Part shown: piece after piece, positions 42,140 through 54,266 of the stretch
Position numbering within the stretch: position 1 is the stretch's first letter
How the letters are laid out: the number at the start of each line of letters is the position of its first letter
NCBI GenBank assembly: GCA_902784345.1
Contig: CACZUD010000002.1
Span: 158,183 to 222,182, forward strand
Direction of reading: 5' to 3'
Source of the DNA: an uncultured Pseudomonadota bacterium
GTDB lineage: Bacteria > Pseudomonadota > Alphaproteobacteria > Rs-D84
Length of the DNA stretch: 64,000 bases
Position numbers and translations under genes: made by a program
Notes under the pieces: model-generated
What the model was told of the DNA's origin: nothing
Seen by the model: the letters and a program-made list of their open reading frames with translations, nothing else
The model's database searches: none

Positions 42140-42215
42140 TGGTGCCGGAAACAGGACTTGAACCTGCGACCCCCTCATTACGAATGAGATGCTCTACCAA
42201 CTGAGCTATTCCGGC
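42140..42215 (-). tRNA. tRNA-Thr (anticodon CGT)
   Basis: Revcomp GCCGGAATAGCTCAGTTGGTAGAGCATCTCATTCGTAATGAGGGGGTCGCAGGTTCAAGTCCTGTTTCCGGCACCA. Confidence 0.8.
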
Positions 42216-42243
42216 AAGTGTGTGGTTATATTAATATATATTT

Positions 42244-43896
42244 CTATTTATTTCCACATTTTATTTTACGTAAAACAACCATTATTCCCGCCGGTGTCAT
42301 GCCTGGTATTCTGGATAATGCCGCAATGTTTTCAGGACGCGTTTTTGTCAGTTTTTCAACCAATTCATTTGTCAGTCCTGGTAAAACTTTATAATCAAAA
42401 TTAGCAGGTATTTTTAATTCGCTATCTTTTTTATAGTTCGCAATTTCGCGTTCGTTCCTTTCAATATAGCCCGCATAGAATTTGTCATTTTCGCGCGCTG
42501 TATTTTCGCGTATTTTTAAAATTTTTTGATGTAATTCGTGTGTTATCAACCACAAAGATTCGGACATTGTGCCCAATCGCAGTATTGCGTTATCTGCGCG
42601 CAAATTAAGACGATATTCTGCACGTGAAGTGAACATACGATATGGTTCATCAACGCCCAATGTTGTTATGTCGTCAATTAAAACCCCAATCATAGAATTT
42701 GTTCTGTCGACTGTCAATGGTTCTGTATTCAGCGCCCGCGCAGCGGCATTTGCGCCCGCAATTAAACCTTGGGCGGCGGCTTCTTCATATCCACTGGTTC
42801 CGTTGATTTGTCCGGCAAAAAACAGACCCATGATATCTTTGGATTCAAGGGTATTTTTTAATGCCCTTGCATCAATCGCATCATATTCTATGGCATAGCC
42901 ATAACGGGCTATACGGGCATTTTCAAGGCCTGGGATAGTGCGTATCCATTTGTCTTGAATGTCTGCACCAAAAGAAGTTGATATGCCATTTGGATAAATT
43001 AAATCGCTGTTATAACCTTCTGGTTCCAAAAATACATGGTGTGTTTTGTGTTCTGGAAAGCGCATAACTTTATCTTCCAGCGATGGACAATAACGCGGGC
43101 CCAATCCCCGAATATCACCATTATACATTGGTGCGTTTTTGATATTGTTGCGAATTATTTCATGTGTTTTTTCGTTTGTGTGCGTGATAAAACATTTGTC
43201 ATTTATAATATTTTTTTCATCACCCAAACCAAACCAATCATGTGGTGTATCGCCCGGCTGTTCTTCACAAACACTAAAATCAATACTGTCGCGATAAATA
43301 CGCGCAGGTGTCCCTGTTTTAAGACGCAATAATTCAAATCCTGCTTTTTTCAGAACGCCAGATATATGCGAATCATTTTCTTGATATTCGCCATTGTCCA
43401 TTAAACGACCAGACGGTATTTTTTCAGCACCGCGTGTTACCAATCCACCAAGAAATGTTCCGGTTGTTAAAACTATGCATGCGGCGGAATATTTGCCGTT
43501 TACGGTTTTGTTTTCCAAATCTAAATCATAAACACTTTCGAAAACAACAGACAAATTCGGTGTGTTTTCTAAAATCTTCATAACTGCATTGTGATAAAAA
43601 TTTCTATCTATCTGTGCACGCAGTGCCTGTGTAGCCGCGCCATGTGTCGCATTTAATGTGCGCCAATGAATGCCCGCGCTGTCTGCGGCGCGTGGCATGA
43701 CACCACCAAATGCCATCATTTCTGCAACCATTTGTGATTTGCCTGGTCCCCCAATCGAAGGATTGCAAGACATTGCACCAATATCACTTTCACGCATGGT
43801 TAAAAGCAAAGTCTTTGCGCCACGACGGGCAGATGCCGCGGCTGCTTCTGCGCCGGCGTGTCCACCACCAATAACAATTACATCAAATTTTTGCAT
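42244..43896 (-). CDS. mnmG: tRNA uridine-5-carboxymethylaminomethyl modification enzyme MnmG (GidA)
   Basis: [36 protein letters not shown]-terminal GidA-associated domain; 550 aa (shorter than typical ~620). Confidence 0.85.
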   Translation of the reverse strand: MQKFDVIVIGGGHAGAEAAAASARRGAKTLLLTMRESDIGAMSCNPSIGGPGKSQMVAEMMAFGGVMPRAADSAGIHWRTLNATHGAATQALRAQIDRNFYHNAVMKILENTPNLSVVFESVYDLDLENKTVNGKYSAACIVLTTGTFLGGLVTRGAEKIPSGRLMDNGEYQENDSHISGVLKKAGFELLRLKTGTPARIYRDSIDFSVCEEQPGDTPHDWFGLGDEKNIINDKCFITHTNEKTHEIIRNNIKNAPMYNGDIRGLGPRYCPSLEDKVMRFPEHKTHHVFLEPEGYNSDLIYPNGISTSFGADIQDKWIRTIPGLENARIARYGYAIEYDAIDARALKNTLESKDIMGLFFAGQINGTSGYEEAAAQGLIAGANAAARALNTEPLTVDRTNSMIGVLIDDITTLGVDEPYRMFTSRAEYRLNLRADNAILRLGTMSESLWLITHELHQKILKIRENTARENDKFYAGYIERNEREIANYKKDSELKIPANFDYKVLPGLTNELVEKLTKTRPENIAALSRIPGMTPAGIMVVLRKIKCGNK

Positions 43897-43900
43897 TTGA

Positions 43901-44626
43901 CTAAAAGCGTCCCATTCCGCCGTTTACATGAATTGTTTGACCGTTGATATAAGATGCTTCATCACTTGCCAAGAATACACATGCATTTGCAATATCAATT
44001 GGTTCGCCAAAACGACCTGCTGGTATTTGTGCCAAATATGTTTTCTTTAATTCTTCTGGCAAAACATCTGTCATTGGGGTTTTGATAAAGCCCGGTGCAA
44101 TAGCGTTTGCAGTGATTCCACGTGCACCAACTTCGGCGGCAATAGATTTTGTCATCGCAATAATTCCGCCCTTTGATGCCGCATAATTTGTTTGTCCCGC
44201 ACCACCAACAACGCCAACAATGGACGCCATATTTATAATACGACCAAAACGTTGTTTCATCATTGGCATAATTGCTGCACGACACATTTTAAAACTTGCA
44301 CGCAGATTGGTGTTTATTACATTGTCAAATTGTTCATCAGACATGCGCATCATCAACGTATCTGCAGTAATTCCGGCATTGTTAATCAAAACATCAATGC
44401 GTCCCGCCTTTTCGATTGTGTCGGCAATCAATTTTTCTGCTGCGCCATCAAGGGATATATCAGATTGAATTTTTATAAAAGAATCATCAAATGCAGATAA
44501 TTTTTCCAAACTGCGTCCTGTTATCACAACAGTTGCGCCAGCGGCCTTCATTTGTGTTGCAATTGCACCACCGATACCACCTGTTGCGCCAGTAATTAAA
44601 ACAACTTTATCTTTCAATTCAAACAT
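43901..44626 (-). CDS. fabG: 3-oxoacyl-ACP reductase
   Basis: SDR: [19 protein letters not shown], YxxxK region. Confidence 0.9.
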   Translation of the reverse strand: MFELKDKVVLITGATGGIGGAIATQMKAAGATVVITGRSLEKLSAFDDSFIKIQSDISLDGAAEKLIADTIEKAGRIDVLINNAGITADTLMMRMSDEQFDNVINTNLRASFKMCRAAIMPMMKQRFGRIINMASIVGVVGGAGQTNYAASKGGIIAMTKSIAAEVGARGITANAIAPGFIKTPMTDVLPEELKKTYLAQIPAGRFGEPIDIANACVFLASDEASYINGQTIHVNGGMGRF

Positions 44627-44635
44627 GTTTTTCCC

Positions 44636-45520
44636 CTATTTATGTGCGTTAATTTTATCTGTTGTGCGTTTTACCATACCTATCAATGCTTCACCTGGTC
44701 CGATTTCGGTCAAATCGTCTATGCCTAAATCCACCATGGACAAAACACTTTCGCGCCAACGAACACCGTGTGTTATTTGATACAACAAAGCTTCCTTGAT
44801 TTCGTTTATATCAGTCATCGGCAGACAAGTTTTATTCGAAATTATTGGAACGATTGGTGTTTTGATTTCAATTTCGTCCAGTGCCTTTTTCATAACATCA
44901 ACCACAGGTTCCATTAAACGCGAATGTGGTGGTACGGATAAAGCCAACTTCATTGCGCGTTTTGCGCCTGCTTCCTTTGCCAGTTCCATGGCACGTTCAA
45001 TGGCAGAATTTGCACCGGATATAACAATTTGACCCGGACAGTTATCGTTTGCAATATCACATACGGCACCTGTGTCAGATTCTGCCTTTTCACAAACTTT
45101 CTTTAAATCTTCAAATTCTAGACCCAGTATAACAGCCATTGCACCCTGACCCATCGGAACAGCGTTTTGCATAGATTCTCCGCGCAATCTTACCAATTTT
45201 ATTGCGTCACGCAAAGACAATGCCCCCGCTGCACACAGTGCGGTATATTCACCAAGAGAGTGTCCGGCAACATAATCTGGTTTTGGGTAATTTCCTGTAC
45301 GAAACATTGCGATAGACGTTGCAAGTATCGCCGGTTGCACATTGGCAGTCAAAGTCAAGGTTTCAATAGGTCCATTGAAAATTATATCCGATAATTTTTC
45401 ACCAAGCACAGCGTCTGTTTCATCAAACACAGCACGTGCATCTGCGTTTGTTTGATATAATTCCAATCCCATACCAACACTTTGTGCACCTTGGCCTGGA
45501 AAAACATAGATAGATGACAT
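44636..45520 (-). CDS. fabD: malonyl CoA-ACP transacylase
   Basis: VFPGQGAQ, GHSLGEYTAL. Confidence 0.92.
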   Translation of the reverse strand: MSSIYVFPGQGAQSVGMGLELYQTNADARAVFDETDAVLGEKLSDIIFNGPIETLTLTANVQPAILATSIAMFRTGNYPKPDYVAGHSLGEYTALCAAGALSLRDAIKLVRLRGESMQNAVPMGQGAMAVILGLEFEDLKKVCEKAESDTGAVCDIANDNCPGQIVISGANSAIERAMELAKEAGAKRAMKLALSVPPHSRLMEPVVDVMKKALDEIEIKTPIVPIISNKTCLPMTDINEIKEALLYQITHGVRWRESVLSMVDLGIDDLTEIGPGEALIGMVKRTTDKINAHK

Positions 45521-45584
45521 ATCTGCACCTTTTGTTATATTCTTTTAAAATTATAGGAAAATAAAAGCAAAAATCAACTTATTA

Positions 45585-46121
45585 TCATTTGCGCATGGAA
45601 AATTCGCAACCGCAATAATTCTGGCGATAAAAGTCAGATTCGCGATTGATTTGTTGACGCAATTCTTCATTCCATTTAATTGGTAAATATTTTATATCGT
45701 TGCAAGATGCATTTCCGGCATTATCAACCTGATTTTGATCTTTGTGGCGCGAAACACCAAACACAGATGCAATTGCGTTAAAACCATGTTTTTTTGCATA
45801 TTCGCGTGCATAGCAAAAGCGATATGCAAAACATTTGCCACAACGCGCACCACGTTCTGGTTCGTTTTCAAGACCCTTTACAGATCTGCGCCAATCGTCA
45901 TGATTGTAATCGCCAACAACATATTTTACACCCAGTTTTTCACAGTATTTAATTTGTTCGTTTAATCGCTTTTGATATTCACTTGAAGGAAAAATATTAG
46001 GGTTAAAAAACATAACAATAAAATCGTCTATGTCAGGAATTTCACCGTTTGCAAGCTGCTTAATCGCACCTGCACTGCATGGTGCACAACAGGACATCAA
46101 AATCAATCTGTTATCTGGCAT
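45585..46121 (-). CDS. queH: epoxyqueuosine reductase QueH (DUF208)
   Basis: SCCAPCS ... CGKC ... YCGCEFS Cys pattern. Confidence 0.8.
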   Translation of the reverse strand: MPDNRLILMSCCAPCSAGAIKQLANGEIPDIDDFIVMFFNPNIFPSSEYQKRLNEQIKYCEKLGVKYVVGDYNHDDWRRSVKGLENEPERGARCGKCFAYRFCYAREYAKKHGFNAIASVFGVSRHKDQNQVDNAGNASCNDIKYLPIKWNEELRQQINRESDFYRQNYCGCEFSMRK

Positions 46122-46410
46122 GTTGATGTGTTCTGTATTTATTTAAAAGATGTGTAACAGTGGAAAATTTAAAACGGCTGTTCACATAAAAATCAGTGTG
46201 TGTGAAAGCAGAAACATTTGCACGAATAACATTGCGCAAAGCCTTTTCTGTTTTAATAGCCAAAGCACAGTTGTTATTTTTATCGTATATAGACGCACAA
46301 TGTTCTTTTAATTTGCAATTAGAACAAGAGACAGAAAACACTCTGTGAAAATCACTCATGCGATAAACAGCAACCCAATACACATAAGTTTGTGTTTTTT
46401 CTGATTCCAT
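46111..46410 (-). CDS. hypothetical Cys-rich small protein (99 aa)
   Basis: Tight fit between metG and queH (1-nt and 11-nt overlaps); CSNC...HC...C. Confidence 0.35.
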   Translation of the reverse strand: MESEKTQTYVYWVAVYRMSDFHRVFSVSCSNCKLKEHCASIYDKNNNCALAIKTEKALRNVIRANVSAFTHTDFYVNSRFKFSTVTHLLNKYRTHQHAR

Positions 46411-48380
46411 TAGAATTCTTCTCCATATTTAGATTCGTCTGTTATTTCGTATAAACATGTATCATCATTTGATATGTTTAATTCTGCACCACTGCACAAC
46501 ATTCCATGTGATTCAATGCCTGCGACATTACGCGGTTTGATTGGTTTCCCGGTCTTTGGTATTATTGCGCCAATTGGTGCAAATACAGCCAACATACCAA
46601 CGCGTACATTTGGTGCGCCACAAACGACACTGTAATCTTGTTTGCCGTCATTGACAGTTAAAACATGCAGGTTTTTGCGTGATGGATGATTTTCAACCTT
46701 TGTGATTTTTACGACGACCAATTTAGGTTCTTTCTTGGAAGAATATTTTTCAGTCAAATATTTAACCTTGTCATCATCGATTCTTTCAAAAAGATTTTCA
46801 GGAATTGTAAATTCAGTACCGTCTTTCACGCGCGCTTCAAATTCAGTTGGCCAAGACAAATCGTTTTTAGATGCAAAAATATTCTGCATTTTTTCAGCCG
46901 CATCCGGTATAAATGGTGCAGATACGCGTGCATACAAATCAATTAATTGAAAACAGTTGTTTAAAACGTGTTCAGCGGTATCTGTGTCGCCGTTTTTAAC
47001 CAATGTCCATGGTTCTTTTTCGGTCATATATTCATTACCAATTGCCCAAAGCGAACGCAGGGCAAACACACTTGCGCGAAATTCGCATTTTTCAAGTGCG
47101 TCATTCAATTCGTTTAATTTTTCATCGATTTTAGATTTTAATTCTTTATCAATACCGGCAGATTTTGGAACTTTATTTCCAAAGTTTTTCGCAGACAATT
47201 TGCAAACACGTGAAACAAAATTACCCAACATACCGTTCAAATCTTTGTTAACAATATCTGCAAAACGTGCAACGGTAAAATCTGTATCGTCTGTTTCTGG
47301 GGCAGAAGCCATCAGGCTATAGCGCCAATAATCACTTGGTGCGTCTTCTATCGCATCACACAAGAATATACCGTTTCCTGTTGATTTAGATATTTTGGCG
47401 CCCTCAAAATTCATGAAGTTAAATGCTTTTAAAACATCGACGGTTTTCCAGTTGTCTTGCATAGCTAATTCTTGCGCAGGGAAAAATACCGCATGAAAAG
47501 AAACGTTATCTTTGCCCATAAATTGTGCATAATGGCAATCCGGATTTTTCCACCAGCTTTCCCAATCTTTATTTGCCGCCTGTGAAATAGAAACATAACC
47601 CCAAGGTGCATCAAACCAAACATAGAAAACTTTGTTTTCAAACCCTGGTTTATTCACAGGTATCCCCCATTTCAAATCGCGTGTAATAGGTGTATCATGT
47701 AAACCTTCGTCCAACCATTTGTTAGCAATTGCCGTTGCTGTTTTTGGCCAACCTTGACGCGAATCAATCCATTTTTTAAGAGTGTCGGTTACGGCGCTTA
47801 CCTTGAAATACAAATGTTTTGTGTCGCGCATTTCAACCGGCGAAGTTGGATTTTCGGCACTGTGCGGATTTATTAATTCAGAGGGTTCTAACGAGGCACC
47901 ACATTTTTCGCATTCATTTCCGTATGCACGGTCATAACCACATTTTGGACAGGTTCCAATAACATAACGGTCTGCTAAAAACCTTTTTTCATTTATTGAA
48001 TACGGTTGTTTTGAAGTTTTTTCTTCTATCAATCCTTGTTCGTCAAGGCGGTTAAACAAATCGTGAATAAGTTTTTCGTGCAATTTTGTATGTGTACGAC
48101 CAAAAGTATCGAAAGACAAATTAAAATCTTTTACAGATTGTGCGTGTTTCGCACGATATTTATCAACATATTCTTCAATTGGTAAATTTTCTTTGCGGGC
48201 GCCGATTTCACTGGTTGTGCCATGTTCATCAGAACCACAAACAAACAACACGTCCCTGCCCTTTGCACGGCAGAATCTGGCGTATACATCGCTTGGCAAT
48301 AAACAACCAATCAAATGTCCAATATGTAAATTGTTGTTAACATAAGGCAATGCCGAAGTAATCAGATATTTTTGTGTCAT
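46410..48380 (-). CDS. metG: methionine--tRNA ligase with C-terminal tRNA-binding domain
   Basis: ALPYVNNNLHIGHL, KISKS, zinc knuckle CPKCGY...CEKCG, C-terminal VVCGAPNVRVGM. Confidence 0.93.
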   Translation of the reverse strand: MTQKYLITSALPYVNNNLHIGHLIGCLLPSDVYARFCRAKGRDVLFVCGSDEHGTTSEIGARKENLPIEEYVDKYRAKHAQSVKDFNLSFDTFGRTHTKLHEKLIHDLFNRLDEQGLIEEKTSKQPYSINEKRFLADRYVIGTCPKCGYDRAYGNECEKCGASLEPSELINPHSAENPTSPVEMRDTKHLYFKVSAVTDTLKKWIDSRQGWPKTATAIANKWLDEGLHDTPITRDLKWGIPVNKPGFENKVFYVWFDAPWGYVSISQAANKDWESWWKNPDCHYAQFMGKDNVSFHAVFFPAQELAMQDNWKTVDVLKAFNFMNFEGAKISKSTGNGIFLCDAIEDAPSDYWRYSLMASAPETDDTDFTVARFADIVNKDLNGMLGNFVSRVCKLSAKNFGNKVPKSAGIDKELKSKIDEKLNELNDALEKCEFRASVFALRSLWAIGNEYMTEKEPWTLVKNGDTDTAEHVLNNCFQLIDLYARVSAPFIPDAAEKMQNIFASKNDLSWPTEFEARVKDGTEFTIPENLFERIDDDKVKYLTEKYSSKKEPKLVVVKITKVENHPSRKNLHVLTVNDGKQDYSVVCGAPNVRVGMLAVFAPIGAIIPKTGKPIKPRNVAGIESHGMLCSGAELNISNDDTCLYEITDESKYGEEF

Positions 48381-48485
48381 TTGTTTATCCTGTGTTTTTT
48401 ATACGGGCATTATAGAATAAAAAAGCCATAAATCAAGAATTTGGTGTTGCAAATTAGATTTTTGCTGTTATAATCACTGTGCTTT

Positions 48486-48562
48486 GGGTGGTTAGCTCAG
48501 TTGGCTAGAGCGTCACGTTGACATCGTGGAGGTCGTTGGTTCGAGCCCAATACCACCCACCA
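48486..48562 (+). tRNA. tRNA-Val (anticodon GAC)
   Basis: GGGTGGTTAGCTCAGTTGGCTAGAGCGTCACGTTGACATCGTGGAGGTCGTTGGTTCGAGCCCAATACCACCCACCA. Confidence 0.9.
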
Positions 48563-48610
48563 AATTTAATCTGGTTTCGACCAGTTTTTTTATTGGGCGA
48601 AAAATAATCA

Positions 48611-48638
48611 AAAAAAACCGGCATGCACCGGTCTTTTT
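48611..48638. terminator. bidirectional terminator A7-ccggcatgcaccgg-T5
   Basis: Between tRNA-Val (+) and the mreB stop (-). Confidence 0.55.
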
Positions 48639-48668
48639 GTAATCGCGGCTTTGCAAAGCAAAGACGGA

Positions 48669-49721
<1,053 letters not shown>

Positions 49722-49838
49722 TCAATCCCTTGGCTGCTTTTTTTTCGCATTATAAAGCAGGCGCGGAAAAAATCAAGTGTGCACAGCAAATTTTGCTTTT
49801 TTATTTGCTTTTCCCGATATTCTGGTATAATTGGCGGC

Positions 49839-50165
49839 ATGAAAAGAAAAACTATACGAAATCATAAAGATTTTTTAACAACACCAGACGATATGACGGT
49901 AAGTGGTTTTTATTTTATAGTAAAAGCCAAACCCGCGGTTAAAAAAGATTCCAGATATGGTTTAGTTGCTTCCAAACGCACTTTTAAATTGGCGGTGGCG
50001 CGTAATCGTGCAAAACGTCTTTTGCGTGATTGGATTGCGTATAATGAACATTTAATGAATCCGGATATGGACTATATTTTTATAGCGCGTCCTGCAATTT
50101 TGATTTGTTCACGTGAAGCGGGTCGCAAGAAAATGGCGTATGCATTAAAGAAAATTTCAAAATGA
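49839..50165 (+). CDS. rnpA: ribonuclease P protein component
   Basis: [15 protein letters not shown] (RNR motif); start at the internal [11 protein letters not shown]. Confidence 0.8.
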   Translation: MKRKTIRNHKDFLTTPDDMTVSGFYFIVKAKPAVKKDSRYGLVASKRTFKLAVARNRAKRLLRDWIAYNEHLMNPDMDYIFIARPAILICSREAGRKKMAYALKKISK

Positions 50166-50392
50166 AAAATGATTTTTTATCTGCATTTGGGTGCAGATTG
50201 GTCAGATTTTATCAAATTTGTATATCGCCGTTTATTGGCGGACGCGCTGCGTGCAGATTTGTTCCAACTTGCAGTGAATATACAAAACAAGCAATTGAAA
50301 AATATGGATTACTTCGTGGAACTTTTATGGGAGTAAAACGGATTTCGCGTTGCAGACCTGGCGGTGGTTGTGGATACGATCCTGTTCCTTGA
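50162..50392 (+). CDS. yidD: membrane protein insertion efficiency factor YidD
   Basis: [20 protein letters not shown]...GYDPVP; ATGA overlap with rnpA. Confidence 0.9.
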   Translation: MKNDFLSAFGCRLVRFYQICISPFIGGRAACRFVPTCSEYTKQAIEKYGLLRGTFMGVKRISRCRPGGGCGYDPVP

Positions 50393-50456
50393 CATAAAAA
50401 TACAATGTGGTAGAATCTTAAGTAATATACGTAAACAATAAAAAGGATTTGTAATT

Positions 50457-50888
50457 ATGGCATCTTTCAGATCAACAGTTGAAAATATGTCTAAATTGAT
50501 GGATGAAATGGGCATAACCGAACTGGATTTAGAACGTCAACTGTTATTGGGTTTATATCGTAAACATATTCATTTATCTAAACAGCAGGCTGTTGCTGCG
50601 GCACCAGTTGGCTTTGTTCCATCAAACAAGACAAATGCAGATACAAAAATATCTGGTCATGTATTGAAATCACCAATGGTTGGTGTGGCTTATCTTGCCC
50701 CAGAACCAGGTGCAAAACCTTTTGTAAAAGTGGGCAGTGCGGTCAAGGCTGGTGATACAGTTGCTTTAGTCGAAGCAATGAAGACTTTCAATCCAATCAA
50801 ATCTGATATTGATGGTGTTGTCAAAGAAATTTTGGTTACAGATGGTATGGCTGTAGAATTTGATACACCTATTATTGTTATAGAATAA
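50457..50888 (+). CDS. accB: acetyl-CoA carboxylase biotin carboxyl carrier protein
   Basis: Biotinylation motif EAMKTFN, lipoyl-like C-domain. Confidence 0.9.
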   Translation: MASFRSTVENMSKLMDEMGITELDLERQLLLGLYRKHIHLSKQQAVAAAPVGFVPSNKTNADTKISGHVLKSPMVGVAYLAPEPGAKPFVKVGSAVKAGDTVALVEAMKTFNPIKSDIDGVVKEILVTDGMAVEFDTPIIVIE

Positions 50889-50896
50889 GGTTTCTT

Positions 50897-52285
50897 ATGC
50901 CACAGATAAAAAAAGTTTTAATCGCTAATCGTGGTGAAATTGCACTGCGTGTTATTCGTGCATGTCGCGATATGGGAATAAGGACGGTCGCTGTATATTC
51001 AACGGCGGACAAAGATGCAATGCATGTTAAATTGGCTGATGAATCTGTATGTATTGGGCCGGCGCAGAGCTCTGAATCTTACCTTAATGAATCAGCAATA
51101 TTGACGGCGGCACTTTTAACAAATGCGGACGCTATTCATCCGGGCTATGGATTTTTATCTGAACGCGCTGACTTTGTAGATAAGGTTGAACAGCATGGGC
51201 TTATCTGGATTGGACCAAACAGCGATATGATTCGCAAAATGGGCGATAAAGTTAATGCAAAACAAACTGCAATAAAATGTGGTTTGCCTGTCGTTCCAGG
51301 AAGCGAAGGTGCATTGCGTGATATCGAAGATGCACTTGTTTGGGCGGATAAAATCGGATATCCGGTTATGATAAAGGCGGCATCTGGTGGTGGTGGTCGT
51401 GGTATGCGTGCAATAAATAACGCAAATGAATTAAGGGAAGCGTTCCCAATTGTAAAGGCGGAATCAAAATCTGCATTTGGTGATGATACGCTTTATATGG
51501 AAAAGTTATTGTTGCACCCACGTCATATTGAATTTCAGGTTTTGGGCGATAAACATGGTAATGTTGTAATCTTTGGTGAACGCGATTGTTCGCTGCAACG
51601 CAAAAACCAAAAGGTTATGGAAGAATGTCCTGCGGCCGTGTTAACACAAAAACAACGCGACGATATGATTGAAATTTGCAAGACAGCTGCCAAGAAAATG
51701 AAATATACAAATGCCGGAACTTTTGAATTTATGTTCGAAGATGGCAAATTTTATTTCCTGGAAATGAATACGCGTTTGCAGGTGGAACATCCGGTAACAG
51801 AAATGGTTTATGGTATTGATTTGGTTCGTGAACAAATACGTATCGCAGCGGGTGAAAAGTTGGGCTATACACAATCAAATTTGGTTGCACATGGTCATGC
51901 GATTGAATTTCGTATAAATGCCGAAGACCCAGAAACATTTATTCCAAACCCTGGGAAAATAACATTGTATGCACCGTCTGGCGGACTTGGTGTGCGTGTG
52001 GACAGTGCGGTTTATACTGGATATACAATTCCATCAACATATGATTCGATGATTGCGAAATTGGTTGTGCACGCGCAATCAAGAACTGCGTGTATTATGC
52101 GCGCGGAACGTGCGCTGGACGAATTTGTTATCGAAGGAATCAAGACTACAATTCCATTACAAAAAATGTTGCTGGAAAATTCCGACATTCGTCAATTAAA
52201 GACAGACAATCATTGGTTGGAAAATTTCTTGGCAAATAAAAAGCCAGAAGAAACAACGGAAGAAAATTCAGAAGATAAAGAATAA
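50897..52285 (+). CDS. accC: acetyl-CoA carboxylase biotin carboxylase subunit
   Basis: ATP-grasp; KVLIANRGEIALRVIRAC, EMNTRLQVEHPVTE. Confidence 0.95.
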   Translation: MPQIKKVLIANRGEIALRVIRACRDMGIRTVAVYSTADKDAMHVKLADESVCIGPAQSSESYLNESAILTAALLTNADAIHPGYGFLSERADFVDKVEQHGLIWIGPNSDMIRKMGDKVNAKQTAIKCGLPVVPGSEGALRDIEDALVWADKIGYPVMIKAASGGGGRGMRAINNANELREAFPIVKAESKSAFGDDTLYMEKLLLHPRHIEFQVLGDKHGNVVIFGERDCSLQRKNQKVMEECPAAVLTQKQRDDMIEICKTAAKKMKYTNAGTFEFMFEDGKFYFLEMNTRLQVEHPVTEMVYGIDLVREQIRIAAGEKLGYTQSNLVAHGHAIEFRINAEDPETFIPNPGKITLYAPSGGLGVRVDSAVYTGYTIPSTYDSMIAKLVVHAQSRTACIMRAERALDEFVIEGIKTTIPLQKMLLENSDIRQLKTDNHWLENFLANKKPEETTEENSEDKE

Positions 52286-52320
52286 AAAAAAACACCGGCA
52301 AACACCGGTGTTTTTTTTTT
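52284..52320. terminator. bidirectional intrinsic terminator A9-caccggcaaacaccggtg-T10
   Basis: Hairpin family member between accC (+) and the OMP gene (-). Confidence 0.65.
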
Positions 52321-52969
52321 AGAATATATATCTTAAACCTGCATTTAAATTAAACAGTGCATCTGCATTTCTGTCGTCTTTTGTTGGTGCAAACAAACGG
52401 CCATTGGTGTAAAAATCTATGTTGTCTGTTAATCCAAAATTAAATCCTGCTTTTAAAACAACAAATACTCCATCGTCTGTTCCTTTTTTGTCGACAAAAC
52501 CCAAAAGATGCGCATCGGAAGTATAGCGTATATCGTATCTTTCTGTAACATTAGCCAACCCTATGCCCAAAACAATGTCGGAACGTCTTTCAGAATTTCC
52601 AGAAAAACGGATATAATTGTCAAAAGTCGCACTTATTGCAGAAAAACCAGTTTCTAAAGAAGAGATAACATTTTTTGCTGGATATTTAATATCTGCAGAC
52701 GAATTTAAAGCATAATCATAAGCAATGGTTATTCCTGGGTTATAAATATTGTCAGTTTTTAATCTTGCCCCTGCTTCTGCGCCAAGACCAAAGAAGTTGT
52801 TTGGTAAATTTAAATTTTGATCTTTGAAGTCTTTATCGATTTTATTTGCCCAAGAAACGCCATTAAGTGCGACATTGCCGCCGACAAATAATTTTATTTC
52901 CGATGCATTAACGTTTTCACAAAACAATGGCAAAAGTACAACAAAGCCAACAGATAAATATTTTTTCAT
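52319..52969 (-). CDS. outer-membrane beta-barrel protein (OmpW/OmpA-like barrel family)
   Basis: Signal peptide MKKYLSVGFVVLLPLFCENVNA, alternating amphipathic strands, C-terminal ...GLRYIF. Start moved to the internal ATG; the ORF track extends to 53020. Confidence 0.55.
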   Translation of the reverse strand: MKKYLSVGFVVLLPLFCENVNASEIKLFVGGNVALNGVSWANKIDKDFKDQNLNLPNNFFGLGAEAGARLKTDNIYNPGITIAYDYALNSSADIKYPAKNVISSLETGFSAISATFDNYIRFSGNSERRSDIVLGIGLANVTERYDIRYTSDAHLLGFVDKKGTDDGVFVVLKAGFNFGLTDNIDFYTNGRLFAPTKDDRNADALFNLNAGLRYIF

Positions 52970-53048
52970 TTTTTTGTCCTTTTTATTAAAATAACAATCT
53001 ACTTTGAAATTATAGGACAAAACACCTTTGTTTTACAAGATTAAAAAA

Positions 53049-54266
53049 TTATTCGTATCTTAAACTGTCTATTGGATTTAATTTTGCAGCTTTGATTGCG
53101 GGCATAACACCTGATGCCAAACCAACAACAACCGCAACAGATACAGATAATATCACCGGCCAAATTGAAAATGGCACATCATAGTGTAATATAAATCGCC
53201 CTATTCCTTGGGATAAACCAACGCCCAAAACTAATCCAATCATGGAACCAATAAAAGATATCATTACAGATTCAGATAAAAATTGAATTATTATCATGCG
53301 TTCTTTTGCGCCTATTGCTTTGCGAACACCGATTTCGCGTGTGCGTTCTGCAACAGAAGTTAACATCATATTCATAATACCGATAGACCCAACCAAAAGC
53401 GATACTGCTGCGATTGCTATCAACAATAATTTCAGATAACCTGTTACAGTATTCATAGTTTCCATAATTTGTTTCATGTCCGTAATTATAAAATCGTCTT
53501 CGTCGGTGTCTTTAAGGCGGTGCCGCTGACGCAAAAGAGAAGTAATTTGCTCGATAACCACATTGTTATCAGAATCGTTGTATATTTTCAGGGCAATCAT
53601 TGTAACAGCATCTGGAAATTTAGAACCTTGTAATCTCTTTTTTAATGTTGTAATTGGAATTATAATCATATCGTCTTGTGAACCGAATGCAGAATCGCCG
53701 CGTGCCTTCATAACACCAACAATCACAAAAGGCATATTTTGAATACGAATTATTTCACCGACTGGGTTTTCTGGCAGCCCTAATTCAACCGCAGTATCTG
53801 GGCCAATCACTGCATAGGTTGCTGCATTTTTTACTGCGTTTTCATCAAAAAAAGTTCCGTATTCAACATCTATGTCTTGTATCGCGGCATAATCAGGCGA
53901 TACGCCTAAAATCATAGTCGACCAATTTTTGTTTCCATATATAACTTGGGAATTTCCCATTTGCGCTGGGGACACATAAGTAACGTCGCTTAATCTTTTG
54001 ATTTGTTCGCTGTCTGTTATGGTAAGTGTTTGTTTGTTGCCAGTGCGAACACCCCCAGTGCGTGCGGCACTGGCACGCACGACGATAGTATTTGTTCCAA
54101 GCGAAGAAAACTGGTCTGTGATAGATTTTTGAACGGTTTCTCCAACGGCAACCATTATAACAACAGCCATAACACCGATAATAATACCAAGAACCGTCAG
54201 GAACGATCTTAACTTGTTCCCACTTATCGATATCCAAGATTCTTTTAATATGTCGCCCAGTGTCAT
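53049..54266 (-). CDS. MacB/FtsX-type ABC transporter permease
   Basis: 405 aa; N-terminal TM, large periplasmic domain, 3 C-terminal TMs. Confidence 0.85.
   Translation of the reverse strand: MTLGDILKESWISISGNKLRSFLTVLGIIIGVMAVVIMVAVGETVQKSITDQFSSLGTNTIVVRASAARTGGVRTGNKQTLTITDSEQIKRLSDVTYVSPAQMGNSQVIYGNKNWSTMILGVSPDYAAIQDIDVEYGTFFDENAVKNAATYAVIGPDTAVELGLPENPVGEIIRIQNMPFVIVGVMKARGDSAFGSQDDMIIIPITTLKKRLQGSKFPDAVTMIALKIYNDSDNNVVIEQITSLLRQRHRLKDTDEDDFIITDMKQIMETMNTVTGYLKLLLIAIAAVSLLVGSIGIMNMMLTSVAERTREIGVRKAIGAKERMIIIQFLSESVMISFIGSMIGLVLGVGLSQGIGRFILHYDVPFSIWPVILSVSVAVVVGLASGVMPAIKAAKLNPIDSLRYE

Noticed and set aside
42244-43896. MnmG at 550 aa is ~70 aa shorter than typical; considered pseudogene or truncation
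   Set aside because: Both the FAD-binding N-terminus and the GidA-associated C-terminal domain are present and in frame, so it is more likely a naturally compact ortholog.
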